From positions 1 through 57,701 of IMG/VR virus record IMGVR_UViG_3300005805_000102: a stretch of DNA of 57,701 nucleotides; one strand, written 5' to 3'. A program made the position numbers and the translations under genes. This DNA is from a virus (Duplodnaviria; Caudoviricetes). Of the stretch, positions 1 to 9,597 are shown piece after piece; position 1 is the stretch's first letter; each line of letters opens with the position of its first letter. The notes under the pieces are model-generated. The model saw only the letters and a list, made by a program, of their open reading frames with translations, had not been told where the DNA came from and ran no database searches.

Positions 1-309
1 ATCTTTTTTGTTTTTGGATTTTTGTGAGGGGGCTTCAGTGTATTTTTGGGGCTTAAGCTCTACTAAGTATGTTTGCTCGATTGCAGAAGATGTGATAGTG
101 ATTCTGAAGTCTATGAAATAGCGGTGGGTCTTATTGTCGGATGGACATAAATATGGAACTACAATTTCTTCAGATGACCATTTGGTTACTGCGGAATTTG
201 TATCACACCAGAACATCACGGCAAGCTCCCAAGATGACCTATAGTAGATCTCTTCAGAATTGCCTTGATACTTCTGTATGTTTTTTGGCTTAAACTTTCC
301 CTGGTGCAT
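1..309 (-). CDS. gp4: Head completion nuclease, T4 gp4-like (TnsA-like PD-(D/E)XK fold); runs off the window's left edge
   Basis: Manual translation from the ATG at 309: MHQGKFKPKNIQKYQGNSEEIYYRSSWELAVMFWCD..W.SEEIVVPY..HRYFIDF..LVELKP, matching the gp4 pattern (GKxxPKNxxKYxG, YRSxWE, VEIKP). Confidence 0.9.
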   Translation of the reverse strand, partial: MHQGKFKPKNIQKYQGNSEEIYYRSSWELAVMFWCDTNSAVTKWSSEEIVVPYLCPSDNKTHRYFIDFRITITSSAIEQTYLVELKPQKYTEAPSQKSKNKKD

Positions 310-317
310 AAAACTTT

Positions 318-1325
318 ATGTCGTCTGCATTTATAAAATTTTCTCAACTGCTGGGTTTAGATGTAGAAGATTTGGTGGGAAAAACTAACATTGATACGAT
401 TAGTGATCTAGTGGGTGCCGACAAAAACCCACTTGAAATGGCATCTGATGCCTCTTCTAAACGATATGATGTTAGCTCTGGTGGAAAGTTAAAATCCGGT
501 GCCAAAAGATTTCAACTTACCTATCCCGAAGATTTGTTTGATCATGTTGGTGCTTTCATTTTTTTCAACATCAGATCGTCAAACATAAAGAGCACCATAC
601 CCAGCTTTGGTGAAATACGATTGTTCATGCCAGCAACTCTTAGGGTTTCTTATGGAGCACAATGGAGCGAGATTGAATTGCCACTAGAAAAAATCAATGC
701 TCTTGGAGGGGACGTTGTAAATAAGATTGTTAATGCCTATCAGTCTTCTGGGGGTGTAGGTGATGCTGTCCTTAAAGAAATAAGTGCTTTGGCCGATGCC
801 GCCACGGCGATAGATTATAAGCAGACTGGATATTGGGGATTGGATAATTATTTGAAAAAAAACATGCCTGGGCTTTCCGGAGAACTTCGCCGAAACGGTT
901 TCATACCACCAGTTGGAGATAACCAAGCAACAACAAACCCATTTGCAGCAATCAATTATAATGCACCTAGTTATAGACAGCTTCAACTTGAATTTGACTT
1001 TCTTGCTAGAAATCCAGATGAGGCGGAAGAGATACGAAAAATACTCAAGGCGTTTAAATTGGCGATGCACCCGGCAAAAACAGAAAGAGGCGACTCTGCC
1101 GTTTTCTGGGATGCACCTTACATATTTGAAATATACTTTTTCACACCGAGCGCAACGAACATGTTCAATTTTAAAAAATCGGCCCTAATTGGTATGTCTG
1201 TAGACTATGGCGCATCAGGAATACAAACGTTTTTTAAAGACGGCCAGCCCGTGCATATAAAAACAAGTCTTGAATTTAAAGAACTTGGATACCTCACAAG
1301 AGAAGACATCGAGTACAACTACTAA
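318..1325 (+). CDS. gp48: Baseplate tail-tube cap, T4 gp48-like (start uncertain)
   Basis: LTYPEDL, IRLFMP, NPF..YNAPSYRQLQLEFDFLARNPDEAEEIRKILKAFK, SLEFKE...TREDI; lies between gp4 and gp53. Confidence 0.8.
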   Translation: MSSAFIKFSQLLGLDVEDLVGKTNIDTISDLVGADKNPLEMASDASSKRYDVSSGGKLKSGAKRFQLTYPEDLFDHVGAFIFFNIRSSNIKSTIPSFGEIRLFMPATLRVSYGAQWSEIELPLEKINALGGDVVNKIVNAYQSSGGVGDAVLKEISALADAATAIDYKQTGYWGLDNYLKKNMPGLSGELRRNGFIPPVGDNQATTNPFAAINYNAPSYRQLQLEFDFLARNPDEAEEIRKILKAFKLAMHPAKTERGDSAVFWDAPYIFEIYFFTPSATNMFNFKKSALIGMSVDYGASGIQTFFKDGQPVHIKTSLEFKELGYLTREDIEYNY

Positions 1326-1333
1326 ATTGTATT

Positions 1334-1900
1334 ATGCGACACTTCGAATACTACCCAAAGATACAATATTCAGATAATCTTGCCGTGAACATTATGGTTC
1401 GAGGAAAGATCAGAGATGCGGTCCTCAAAAATTCTGCTCTGTATTATAAGTACACAATCTCTGATGATATGACAGCAGAAATCATTTCGCACAAATACTA
1501 CGATGATCCAAATAAAGTTTGGGCAATCTACTATGCAAACAACATTCTCGATCCAGTTAGAGACTGGCCTATGACAGAAACACAATTTCAAAAATTCATA
1601 ATCGAAAAGTATGGGTCGATTAAAAAGTCGGCGACTAAGTTCAACGCAGATGGTAGCATATGTTGGGATAGCATACATCATTTTAAACTCAAGGATTCGG
1701 ACACTAAATTGGAGTATGTAATAGACAAACAGACTTTTATACAACCTTACGACACACCTTCAGGCACAATTCCAGATCAAGCATATCCAGTAACTTTCTA
1801 TGAACACGAATTGTTCTTAAATAATGAAAAGAGAAATATAATCATTTTGGACAAGAAACACCTTAATCAAATAGTTTCTGAGATTAGGAATTTGTTTTAG
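1334..1900 (+). CDS. gp53: Baseplate wedge protein, T4 gp53-like
   Basis: YFxxxPKIxY-type N-terminus, LysM-like AEIISHKYYDDPNKVWAIYYANNILDPVRDWPM, KYG, HH, E..LNNEKRNIIIL. Confidence 0.9.
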   Translation: MRHFEYYPKIQYSDNLAVNIMVRGKIRDAVLKNSALYYKYTISDDMTAEIISHKYYDDPNKVWAIYYANNILDPVRDWPMTETQFQKFIIEKYGSIKKSATKFNADGSICWDSIHHFKLKDSDTKLEYVIDKQTFIQPYDTPSGTIPDQAYPVTFYEHELFLNNEKRNIIILDKKHLNQIVSEIRNLF

Positions 1901-1903
1901 GTT

Positions 1904-3292
1904 ATGAGCACAACCGGAACAGCAGGCACACACGAACGAAGACTACACACGCTGTCTCTCGTTAGTTGGGATGAAAAAAGATACGACATACGAGATCAAT
2001 ACATCGCACTGACCTACTCTGAGTCTATAACATCATCGTACTGTTCGGGCGATTTGATATTACTCGACGCGGTAGATTTTCCAACTTTGCTTCCAATGAT
2101 AGGTGAAGAGAGAGTACAGGCAAAATTCAGCAAAATTGACTTTAATGATCCTTTGGGTGTAAATGAGTTTTTGCCCATATCTTTTGACATGTCCGTTTAC
2201 AGAATGGATGGAAAGTCTATAGCCGGAGGATCTAGAAAGAAGCAGCTATACAAAATATTCTTTGCATCTCGAAGCGCATTTATCAATCACGATAAAGTCA
2301 TATACGCATCATACAAAAGCATGCGATATTCCGACATGGTCAAAAAAATATACGAAGACTATATCAAAGAAGATGGTCCCAATTACAAGCCTTTGATAAT
2401 AGAAGAGACAAAATACACCGCGGATTTTTATGTTCAGGGTCTTTCGCCCACAAAGGCAATACAAGAAATATGTAAGAGGTCTGTTTCTGCTGAAGATAAT
2501 GGTAGTGTGTACATTTTCTATGAAGATCGTGATGCATATAATTTTGTAACTATACAAAAGCTATTAAAAAAAGAATCTAAAATTACTCTTTCCTGTGAGC
2601 TAAAAAACATTCTGAAAGACGGTTCTGTACATAGAGAGCTTGATTTGGAAAGACAATCCCTTAACGCAGATGTATACAGCCAACAGGCATCTTTTGACAT
2701 TTTTCAGTCTATTAAGAGTGGTGAGGGCACATCGTCTTTGCTTGCTATCGACCCCACCCTAAGAAAATTTTACTATGAAGAATTTGATCTCAGAGAAAAC
2801 GACAACGCAGGTCAAGAAAACTGGTCTAAGTATAGTAAGATCTCAACCAAAAAGCCTTGGACAAAAAATAATAAAATGTTCGTTAATCCAAGAGCAAACC
2901 TCAGTGTTTTAATTACAGATGTTGAGTGGTCTACAGACGACATCATAGCCAAAAAGAGTTCTGAGTCACCATCCGATTCAAGAAAGGATATTTACTTAGA
3001 ACGAATGTCAATGCTCAAACAGATTCAAAAGACTGTGCTGAACGTAACAGTCGCGGGTCATCCAAACATAAAGGCTGGTGATATAATCACCTTCAAAGTT
3101 CCGGAGAATTCTGGTGCCTCTTTGTCTGGTCAAAAACCAGAAGAGGAAGATAAGTGGATTTCAGGAAAGTTTTTGGTTTGGGCTGTATCTCATGTGATCG
3201 AAAATGATGAATATCTTATGGGACTCAAGCTCATAAAAGATGGTTTCGAAACCGACATATTCCACAGAGATCCAACCGAATACGGAGAGTAA
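1904..3292 (+). CDS. Probable baseplate hub protein (gp27/gpD-like)
   Basis: 462 aa directly after gp53; YSESI..YCSGDLILLD, LPMIGEERV, YIFYEDRDAYNF, C-terminal VAG...AGDII..SGKFLV..VSH. Confidence 0.65.
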   Translation: MSTTGTAGTHERRLHTLSLVSWDEKRYDIRDQYIALTYSESITSSYCSGDLILLDAVDFPTLLPMIGEERVQAKFSKIDFNDPLGVNEFLPISFDMSVYRMDGKSIAGGSRKKQLYKIFFASRSAFINHDKVIYASYKSMRYSDMVKKIYEDYIKEDGPNYKPLIIEETKYTADFYVQGLSPTKAIQEICKRSVSAEDNGSVYIFYEDRDAYNFVTIQKLLKKESKITLSCELKNILKDGSVHRELDLERQSLNADVYSQQASFDIFQSIKSGEGTSSLLAIDPTLRKFYYEEFDLRENDNAGQENWSKYSKISTKKPWTKNNKMFVNPRANLSVLITDVEWSTDDIIAKKSSESPSDSRKDIYLERMSMLKQIQKTVLNVTVAGHPNIKAGDIITFKVPENSGASLSGQKPEEEDKWISGKFLVWAVSHVIENDEYLMGLKLIKDGFETDIFHRDPTEYGE

Positions 3293-3300
3293 AAATCCGT

Positions 3301-3328
3301 TAGACATTTTTCAGGAATGTGTTATAGT
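3301..3328 (+). promoter_or_regulatory. sigma70-type promoter
   Basis: TAGACA-N16-TATAGT with extended -10 TG, at the start of the accessory region. Confidence 0.55.
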
Positions 3329-3384
3329 GTGTGTAGAAATAGCAATCAATTTTGGATTGCATTTGTAGGAGACAATGTAGGTCA

Positions 3385-3564
3385 ATGAAAGACAAGAAAA
3401 ACTCGTCGAATGAAAAGAACGAGGTGTCTGAAGAGTCGAAGCGCAAAAAGAAACAGAAGCGCATGAGACAGCAAAATGAGGAGCAGAGCATTTTTGAAGA
3501 GATGCTTGAAGAGGTGCTAGAAGATGAGGAGGTTTATCAACTTCTTAAGAAGCTAAAAGACTAG
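3385..3564 (+). CDS. Small charged hypothetical protein
   Basis: ATG at 3385, in frame with the tracked ORF; K/E-rich, helical. Confidence 0.55.
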   Translation: MKDKKNSSNEKNEVSEESKRKKKQKRMRQQNEEQSIFEEMLEEVLEDEEVYQLLKKLKD

Positions 3565-3592
3565 CTTCTCACCTGTCCTCATAATACACATT

Positions 3593-4018
3593 ATGATAAA
3601 GACAAAGCCCATATACTATCTCGCCTCTCCATATTCACACAAAGATAAGTCTGTTCAAAAGAAACGAGCAGAAGACGCCACTGAAGTTGCAGTGAAATTG
3701 CTTCACCACGACATATTCGTGTTTGCACCTATTCCATACAATGAGCCTTGGGAGAAGTACAACCTTCCTGGCGATTGGGGATTTTGGGCAGACTTCGATA
3801 AGTCTTTTGTGCATCGTTGTGATGGTGGTCTCATAGTTCTCATGCTTGATGGATGGGACAAGAGTGTCGGCGTCACAGCAGAGATAGAGTTTGCAAAGCA
3901 GCTCAACAGACCTATTTACTATGCAACAAAAGAGCAGATAATGGAAGGTGACTTGAGCTTCATGAAGATCTGTCACATTGACCAGTACAGACTTTTTTGT
4001 CAACACTCAAAGTTATAG
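3593..4018 (+). CDS. DUF1937-like / nucleoside 2-deoxyribosyltransferase-fold protein
   Basis: YYLASPYSH, VFAPI, W..FD...CD.LIVLMLDGWDKSVGVTAEIEFA...PI. Confidence 0.75.
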   Translation: MIKTKPIYYLASPYSHKDKSVQKKRAEDATEVAVKLLHHDIFVFAPIPYNEPWEKYNLPGDWGFWADFDKSFVHRCDGGLIVLMLDGWDKSVGVTAEIEFAKQLNRPIYYATKEQIMEGDLSFMKICHIDQYRLFCQHSKL

Positions 4019-4028
4019 TAGGTGATCT

Positions 4029-4322
4029 ATGCCGTATATTGTGAAAGATAAGAGAGAACAAGTAGACACTCAGTTGGGATATTTGATAGATGCCATAACT
4101 GAAACATCTCGTGGTGATGTATCTGCACTGCCTGGAATATTGAACTACTGCATCACTGTTTTGATAAAGTCAACGTATAGACTTGTCACAGGAAAAGCAA
4201 AGCTATCATACGCAGATCATAATTCTGCGGTGGGTATGCTTGAGTGTGCAAAACAAGAATTTTACAGGCGCAATACCGCGCCGTATGAAGATGAAAAGGC
4301 GATTGAAAATGGTGATGTATGA
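4029..4322 (+). CDS. Conserved phage protein (DUF6899-like)
   Basis: MPYI, G.LNY.IT, G.LECAKQEFYRR..APYEDEKAIENGDV signature. Confidence 0.7.
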   Translation: MPYIVKDKREQVDTQLGYLIDAITETSRGDVSALPGILNYCITVLIKSTYRLVTGKAKLSYADHNSAVGMLECAKQEFYRRNTAPYEDEKAIENGDV

Positions 4323-4612
4323 CAACGTATATAAAAGCAGTGTTGTTATTGGCAGCACTGGGCATGGCCGCTCAAACGTTTTTGATACGACAAAACGAAG
4401 AGCTTGGAATATTGTATCTGATACTATTCACATCTCTTCGAGAATTATGGGAGGACACTAATAATGAGCACAGAAGAAATCTCGCGTCTTGCAAACTTGA
4501 TTGCCCAAAAGATAGTGAGCATCAAAAGTATGGAAGACAAGTGCTCCCAGCTACGCTCAAGACTCGAAGCATTAGCGCAAGAAAAAAGGAGCTTAGAAGA
4601 AGAGCTAAATAG
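4319..4612 (+). CDS. Putative membrane protein
   Basis: Two hydrophobic N-terminal segments; ATGA overlap with the upstream gene; 3' part overlaps the next ORF. Confidence 0.4.
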   Translation: MTTYIKAVLLLAALGMAAQTFLIRQNEELGILYLILFTSLRELWEDTNNEHRRNLASCKLDCPKDSEHQKYGRQVLPATLKTRSISARKKELRRRAK

Positions 4613-4706
4613 ATCAAATGATATGATCAAGACACTCAAGCACGAAGTCACGAACGACCTTCTCATGCCTGAGCCTAAGATTAAACTTGTTGGAAATGGA
4701 GAATAG
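4464..4706 (+). CDS. Coiled-coil hypothetical protein
   Basis: GGAGG RBS; heptad pattern. Confidence 0.6.
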   Translation: MSTEEISRLANLIAQKIVSIKSMEDKCSQLRSRLEALAQEKRSLEEELNRSNDMIKTLKHEVTNDLLMPEPKIKLVGNGE

Positions 4707-4708
4707 TT

Positions 4709-4906
4709 ATGCGTTATCTTTTACTTTCAATCGCACTTCTTACTGGATGTTCGGTGCAGGCAGCATCAGAAACGTCTGATATTAAAGCTCGTGTCTGTGT
4801 TGAGGAGCTATCATGCAAGCAGGAGCTTGCTAAGGATTGTCCTAATGGTGGTGTTCTACATAAGGCAACGCCGGCAGTTCTTTTACATTACTCGTGCAAT
4901 CCATAA
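4709..4906 (+). CDS. Small Cys-rich lipoprotein
   Basis: Signal peptide MRYLLLSIALLTG-C with lipobox; four further Cys. Confidence 0.65.
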   Translation: MRYLLLSIALLTGCSVQAASETSDIKARVCVEELSCKQELAKDCPNGGVLHKATPAVLLHYSCNP

Positions 4907-4912
4907 TGTCTT

Positions 4913-5473
4913 ATGGGTATCCTGAGATATCTGTTTCAGAAGTTCTTTGATAGAACAGAAGAGCCTGTTGACTTCAAGAATTCTCAGGGTATCCTTATTC
5001 GTCCCGATGGTAGTTGGGTTGTTGCCGATTCAAAAAAGAAAAACGACAGCTCATACGCACCACCAAAAATAATAACTAACATACCCCCACCACCTAAGGC
5101 GGGATGGTGGAAAGACAACCCTGAAATAACAGAGCTACCTTCTCCCCCTGAATACTTTCCTCAGGGTCCTGAGCTTTTTTCTAAGCTAGAGCAGTGCTTA
5201 CATATGGACATAATAGACTCATGTGTACACACTCAGACACAAAACAACGTGTACATATTGACTATCGAATTGCCTTGTCAGAAGGATCATGCAGAAAATA
5301 TGCGTAGATTCAAGATGTTTATCAGGGCCATGGAAGAAGTATACAAGTTTAAGACGGTTCAGCAAGAGCGTCTAAATAGTGTGACAAGCAACGAGCAGCA
5401 CTACCTTGTTGTTTTTGAGTATGATCCTAAGATGCATGTGTTGAAGAAACTGAATGGAGACAAAGACAAATGA
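4913..5473 (+). CDS. Hypothetical protein; Pro-rich linker and a C-terminal domain resembling paralog family A
   Basis: LFSKLEQCLHMDIIDS..ILTIEL..FI..MEEVY fits the family A pattern loosely. Confidence 0.55.
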   Translation: MGILRYLFQKFFDRTEEPVDFKNSQGILIRPDGSWVVADSKKKNDSSYAPPKIITNIPPPPKAGWWKDNPEITELPSPPEYFPQGPELFSKLEQCLHMDIIDSCVHTQTQNNVYILTIELPCQKDHAENMRRFKMFIRAMEEVYKFKTVQQERLNSVTSNEQHYLVVFEYDPKMHVLKKLNGDKDK

Positions 5474-5703
5474 AGACTGAGCTGGAGCGAGAGCTGGAGG
5501 GACTCAAGATTAACGAACAGATCAATGAGTATAGCGTTTCCCTCGGATATGGAACCGCAGAGTACACAATAGACCTAAACTCAAATAACTCATTGGACCT
5601 TAAAATTTTGGCAAAGAGACTTTCAAACAAGTATGGTGCCTGTGACTTTGCATTGTACAACAGTGGATCTGGCCGAGCCGTAAAATTTGTCGTCTTCCTT
5701 TAA
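5470..5703 (+). CDS. Paralog family A small protein
   Basis: LERELEGLKINEQI..IDL..LAKRLSNKY. Confidence 0.6.
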   Translation: MKTELERELEGLKINEQINEYSVSLGYGTAEYTIDLNSNNSLDLKILAKRLSNKYGACDFALYNSGSGRAVKFVVFL

Positions 5704-5794
5704 TTGACCCAACACAAAATTCTTGTTACTCTATTCGTAAAGTAGTGCTATACAACACGACATTGTGTGATGTCGGTTTTATAAGTATAGCCAG

Positions 5795-6088
5795 ATGTGG
5801 AAGAAAACGGCAGGCACAAAGGAAACAAAAATTCTTGAACTAGAGAAAGAACTCTACGTTGCACACAAACTTGGGTACATCTTTAGGTACACTCACATAA
5901 CATCGTACTGTGCTCTTGGAGACTTTTCGAAATCTGTGGGTGTTGAAATATTGTTTTCTGATGAAGTAAATTTGGGCAAGATCAAAGAGATCAAAGACTA
6001 CATAGAGAAGAAGTACAAGTTTTACGTTGATGATTTGAGCTATATAGATCCGTCGAGTTCAATCAAGATCATAACAGTGAGGTATTAG
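5795..6088 (+). CDS. Paralog family A small protein
   Basis: LEKELYVAHKLGYI..ILFSDEV..IKDYIEKKY. Confidence 0.7.
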   Translation: MWKKTAGTKETKILELEKELYVAHKLGYIFRYTHITSYCALGDFSKSVGVEILFSDEVNLGKIKEIKDYIEKKYKFYVDDLSYIDPSSSIKIITVRY

Positions 6089-6090
6089 AT

Positions 6091-6357
6091 ATGAACATGG
6101 TACATACAGAATTCGAAAAAGTGAGGGTGTTTGAGACTGAAATCAACAAAGTCAAGACAACGGGTAATGTAGTAAAAACCACCAACATAAGAAATCAATC
6201 TGACGGTGCAAAAGGCATCGAAATCTTTCTAGATATGCGCGTCTCCCAGTCTCAAATCCGACACATCGTTCATTACATAGTGAAGCACTACAACTTTGAT
6301 GCTTACTTCTACACGAAGACACATTCAATAAAGGTTTGGTACAGAAACGCTAAGTAA
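6091..6357 (+). CDS. Paralog family A small protein
   Basis: FETEINKVKTTGNV..IEIFL..V..IVHYIVKHY. Confidence 0.65.
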   Translation: MNMVHTEFEKVRVFETEINKVKTTGNVVKTTNIRNQSDGAKGIEIFLDMRVSQSQIRHIVHYIVKHYNFDAYFYTKTHSIKVWYRNAK

Positions 6358-6557
6358 TGGCTAAGGTCTATTCAATCGAATCGTATCGACTCAAGAGGGA
6401 GATAAAAGACCTCGAAGAAAAGCTATCGAAAAGAATTCAGTATTGTGAGAAGAATGGATACATGTGGCTGGATCACTATACTATCAAAGATATGCATGAG
6501 TGTATTAACGATCTCTATGACAGATTGAAAAGGATTGATGATGAGAGACCTGCATAA
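6357..6557 (+). CDS. Hypothetical helical protein
   Basis: TAATG-coupled to the upstream ORF. Confidence 0.55.
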   Translation: MAKVYSIESYRLKREIKDLEEKLSKRIQYCEKNGYMWLDHYTIKDMHECINDLYDRLKRIDDERPA

Positions 6558-7818
6558 GATTGCATCTCAGTACATACTGGTCGATCACTTCGACATGGTG
6601 TATGACATAGAAAATAGTCACGGCAATTTTCTATATGATAAGAAAAATCATAGGCTTCTTTTAGATGCCTTTAGCTTCATAGCAAGCAACCCGATAGGAC
6701 ACAATCATCCTAAGCTATCTGATCCAGACTTCGAGAGAAAGCTATTGAGAGTTGCTAAAGTGAACCCCTCAAACTCAGATATTCTGAGCGACGAGTATGT
6801 GGAGTTTCTTGAAACGTTCTTCAAGATTGCTGTGCCTAGCTACTTTCGAGACTCGTTTTTCATAGCAGGTGGAACACTTGCAGTAGAAAACGCACTAAAA
6901 GCTGCGTTCGATTGGAAGTATAGAAAGCTGCGCGGGCGAGGTGTGATAGTGAATTGCGACGATTTGAAAGTTGTACACTTCAAAAATGCGTTTCATGGAC
7001 GATCTGGCTATACCCTCTCACTCACAAACACGGCAGACCCAAGAAAGTACGATCTGTTTCCAAAGTTCGCTAATTGGCCTAGGCTTTCTGCACCCGCAAT
7101 TCACGAGAAGTATACACAAGAAGAGCAAGCAAAGAGAGATGCCAAGTTTCTACTGAACGCACTTGACCACATCGAATGTCAGGGAAATGAGTGTGCGGCA
7201 ATTCTGATTGAGCCCATTCAGGGAGAGGGTGGTGACAATCATTTCACACGAGAGTTTCATCACAATCTCAGGAAGATTGCAGACGAAAAAGAGATGTTGC
7301 TTATATACGATGAAGTTCAAACTGGTGTGGGACTCACAGGAAAAATGTGGGCACATCAGAACTATGATGTTCAGCCAGACATAATTTCGTTTGGCAAAAA
7401 GATGCAGGTGTGTGGCATACTCAGTGGCAGCAGAGTGAGAGAAGTAAAAGACAACGTTTTTGAAGAGAAGTCTAGAATCAATTCAACATGGGGTGGTAAT
7501 CTTGTTGATATGGTTCGCTCTCAAAGGTATCTTGAGATCATTCACGAAGACAATCTTGTGTCGAACGCACGAGAAACTGGCGAGTATCTTCTGCAAAAAC
7601 TAAAGTCTCTGGGACTATCAAACGTTCGTGGACAAGGATTGATGTGTGCGTTTGATTTGCCAAGCACATCGCAGAGAGATGAAGTTGTTCAACGCTGTAT
7701 CAAGAATGGACTGTTTATTCTTGGTTGTGGAACTAACTCGATTAGACTTAGACCCTCTCTCACATTTACAAGAGAAGAGTGTGATCTCCTAGCAGAGCTG
7801 TTGAACAAGAGTCTATGA
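6535..7818 (+). CDS. lat: L-lysine 6-aminotransferase (class III PLP aminotransferase)
   Basis: AVENALKAAFDWK, AFHGRSGYTLSLTNT, FPKF.WPR, EPIQGEGGDNHF, DEVQTGVGLTG, PDIISFGKK (PLP Lys), SRINSTWGGNLVDMVR: LAT-subfamily motifs. Confidence 0.9.
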   Translation: MMMRDLHKIASQYILVDHFDMVYDIENSHGNFLYDKKNHRLLLDAFSFIASNPIGHNHPKLSDPDFERKLLRVAKVNPSNSDILSDEYVEFLETFFKIAVPSYFRDSFFIAGGTLAVENALKAAFDWKYRKLRGRGVIVNCDDLKVVHFKNAFHGRSGYTLSLTNTADPRKYDLFPKFANWPRLSAPAIHEKYTQEEQAKRDAKFLLNALDHIECQGNECAAILIEPIQGEGGDNHFTREFHHNLRKIADEKEMLLIYDEVQTGVGLTGKMWAHQNYDVQPDIISFGKKMQVCGILSGSRVREVKDNVFEEKSRINSTWGGNLVDMVRSQRYLEIIHEDNLVSNARETGEYLLQKLKSLGLSNVRGQGLMCAFDLPSTSQRDEVVQRCIKNGLFILGCGTNSIRLRPSLTFTREECDLLAELLNKSL

Positions 7819-8123
7819 GCCACCCAGCACTACAGACCGTTTTTAGTCAGCTTCAGATGGCTAAGAAGTTGCAGTTCGTTCAGGGAATAGATGCTCTCGT
7901 AGAAGAGTACAATCCCATGCTAGTATCACCAGCTCAAAGGCTCGTCGCACATTCTGAGATGTCCTCTCTACACCCAAAGAGTGTTAAACTATACGTTCGA
8001 TTTTGTCCTAGCGTATCTATGGAAAAGATCAAAGAAATAAAGATGCATTTGGAAACTCTGTATAACTTTCACTGCCACATCTGCGAATGGTCTCTGCCAA
8101 TCAGGCTAGAAATTTCTCTGTAG
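7815..8123 (+). CDS. Paralog family A small protein
   Basis: VFSQLQMAKKLQFV..VRFCPSVSMEKIKEIKMHLETLY. Confidence 0.7.
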   Translation: MSHPALQTVFSQLQMAKKLQFVQGIDALVEEYNPMLVSPAQRLVAHSEMSSLHPKSVKLYVRFCPSVSMEKIKEIKMHLETLYNFHCHICEWSLPIRLEISL

Positions 8124-8125
8124 CA

Positions 8126-8131
8126 TAAATA
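8126..8131 (+). promoter_or_regulatory. T4-type late promoter core
   Basis: CATAAATA, 7 nt before the ATG at 8138. Confidence 0.6.
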
Positions 8132-8137
8132 TCTATC

Positions 8138-9046
8138 ATGAAGAGTTTCATAGAGTTCTCTCGTCAACTAGATGAGAAACAAATTCAGTACGGCAATAAT
8201 GCCAACTACGGGCAAGTAGTGTTCTTTGCTGGCGGAGCCGGATCGGGTAAAGGTTTCGCCATATCAAACTTCATAGACAAGAGCAAGTTTAAGATCTGGG
8301 ATGTAGACGACCTTAAAATCAAGATGCTCAAGATGCCGAGCATGATAGCTCGATATCCAGAAATTGCTAATCTGAAGCTATCGAATCCAGAAGATGTGCG
8401 TAAACTACATGCAATAGCACAAGCAGAACAAATTCCTGAAAAAGAACTAAAAGCATGGATTGAAAACTTCCACAGTCCAGAAACTCTGCCAAATCTTCTA
8501 TTTGATATGACATTCAAAGACATGAGCACAGTGACATGGGTTCTTCCTTCTCTCATCAAAGCTGGCTACAAGACACAAAACATACACATCACATGGGTGC
8601 TCACAGACTACAACGTTGCTATCGTGAACAATAAGTCTAGAGAAAGAGTTGTTCCCGACGACATCATGTTACTCACTCATACGGGCGCGGCACTTACAAT
8701 GCACAACATTCTCTCTGGTGGACTGCCCAAAGAGATCAACGGCAGCATGACAATCATCTTGAACAATCCGAAAGAAACGGTCTACTATCCCAAAGAAGTT
8801 CCTCAGTACAAAAAGTCAGAACCTCTTTCACCAACACACTTGGGTCAGATCGAGACTGACAAGAGCGGTAAGCCAATATACATTAAGACAGTAAGTGACT
8901 TCACATACATCAAAGTCAAAGATGCTGGGAAATCGCTACCTCCTTTACCGGAACTAGACAGCGCACTACGAGACAAAATTTTTACATGGGTAATCAAAAA
9001 TGCCCCTCAAGTAAAAGAGATCGAAAGTGCATACGGATCTAGATAG
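8138..9046 (+). CDS. P-loop kinase (zeta-toxin/AAA_33-like) with a putative capsid-targeting leader
   Basis: Walker A AGGAGSGKG, hhDxD, LLFDMT, lid-like NKSRERVVP; N-terminus MKSFIEFSRQLDE resembles T4 internal-protein leaders. Confidence 0.7.
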   Translation: MKSFIEFSRQLDEKQIQYGNNANYGQVVFFAGGAGSGKGFAISNFIDKSKFKIWDVDDLKIKMLKMPSMIARYPEIANLKLSNPEDVRKLHAIAQAEQIPEKELKAWIENFHSPETLPNLLFDMTFKDMSTVTWVLPSLIKAGYKTQNIHITWVLTDYNVAIVNNKSRERVVPDDIMLLTHTGAALTMHNILSGGLPKEINGSMTIILNNPKETVYYPKEVPQYKKSEPLSPTHLGQIETDKSGKPIYIKTVSDFTYIKVKDAGKSLPPLPELDSALRDKIFTWVIKNAPQVKEIESAYGSR

Positions 9047-9278
9047 ATTAGAATCTCAGCTTGTCTTGGCGAAAGAGATGAATTTCATTTGTCATCTTGA
9101 GATTTTTCCTAGTTGTGCGACCATACACTTTTCGCCCACAGTAACATACGACACTATACACAAACTGGTGCGCTACATAAATCGAGAATACAAAAACGTT
9201 GCTTGGATACCATCGTCTCTGTATCTGTGCAATCCTAACAAGAGAATCAAAATTCACTACAAAAGAGACCACTCATGA
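9027..9278 (+). CDS. Paralog family A small protein
   Basis: LESQLVLAKEMNFI..IHFSPTV..LVRYINREY. Confidence 0.7.
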   Translation: MHTDLDRLESQLVLAKEMNFICHLEIFPSCATIHFSPTVTYDTIHKLVRYINREYKNVAWIPSSLYLCNPNKRIKIHYKRDHS

Positions 9279-9544
9279 AAAGCACAGATCATCTTTGGAA
9301 AGAGATTGATGATGCCGTTGTCAGTGGTTTCATATACCAGATGGAAGAAATTAGTCAGAAGAGTTCTATGCATGGTCCTACTATGTATGGAACTAGGATT
9401 TGGTTCAATGGTAGAGTCAGTGTCGCTCAGTGCGAAAAGATTGCCAACTATATAAGAAACACCTACAAGATGAAAGTTGATCAGTATCTTCCATTCTCTC
9501 TTACGATATGGAACTCAATCCATAGAGACGATGATGAGGAATAA
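9275..9544 (+). CDS. Paralog family A small protein
   Basis: LWKEIDDAVVSGFI..IWFNGRV..IANYIRNTY. Confidence 0.7.
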   Translation: MKSTDHLWKEIDDAVVSGFIYQMEEISQKSSMHGPTMYGTRIWFNGRVSVAQCEKIANYIRNTYKMKVDQYLPFSLTIWNSIHRDDDEE

Positions 9545-9597
9545 TTTTGTGAATGTAAAAAAATTTGCTATTGTGTATTTGAAGGAAGTAAATAATT

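Noticed and set aside
4319-4906. Holin/spanin lysis cassette
   Set aside because: No endolysin is nearby, the TM and coiled-coil parts are in separate frames, and the lipoprotein is not Pro-rich; support is insufficient
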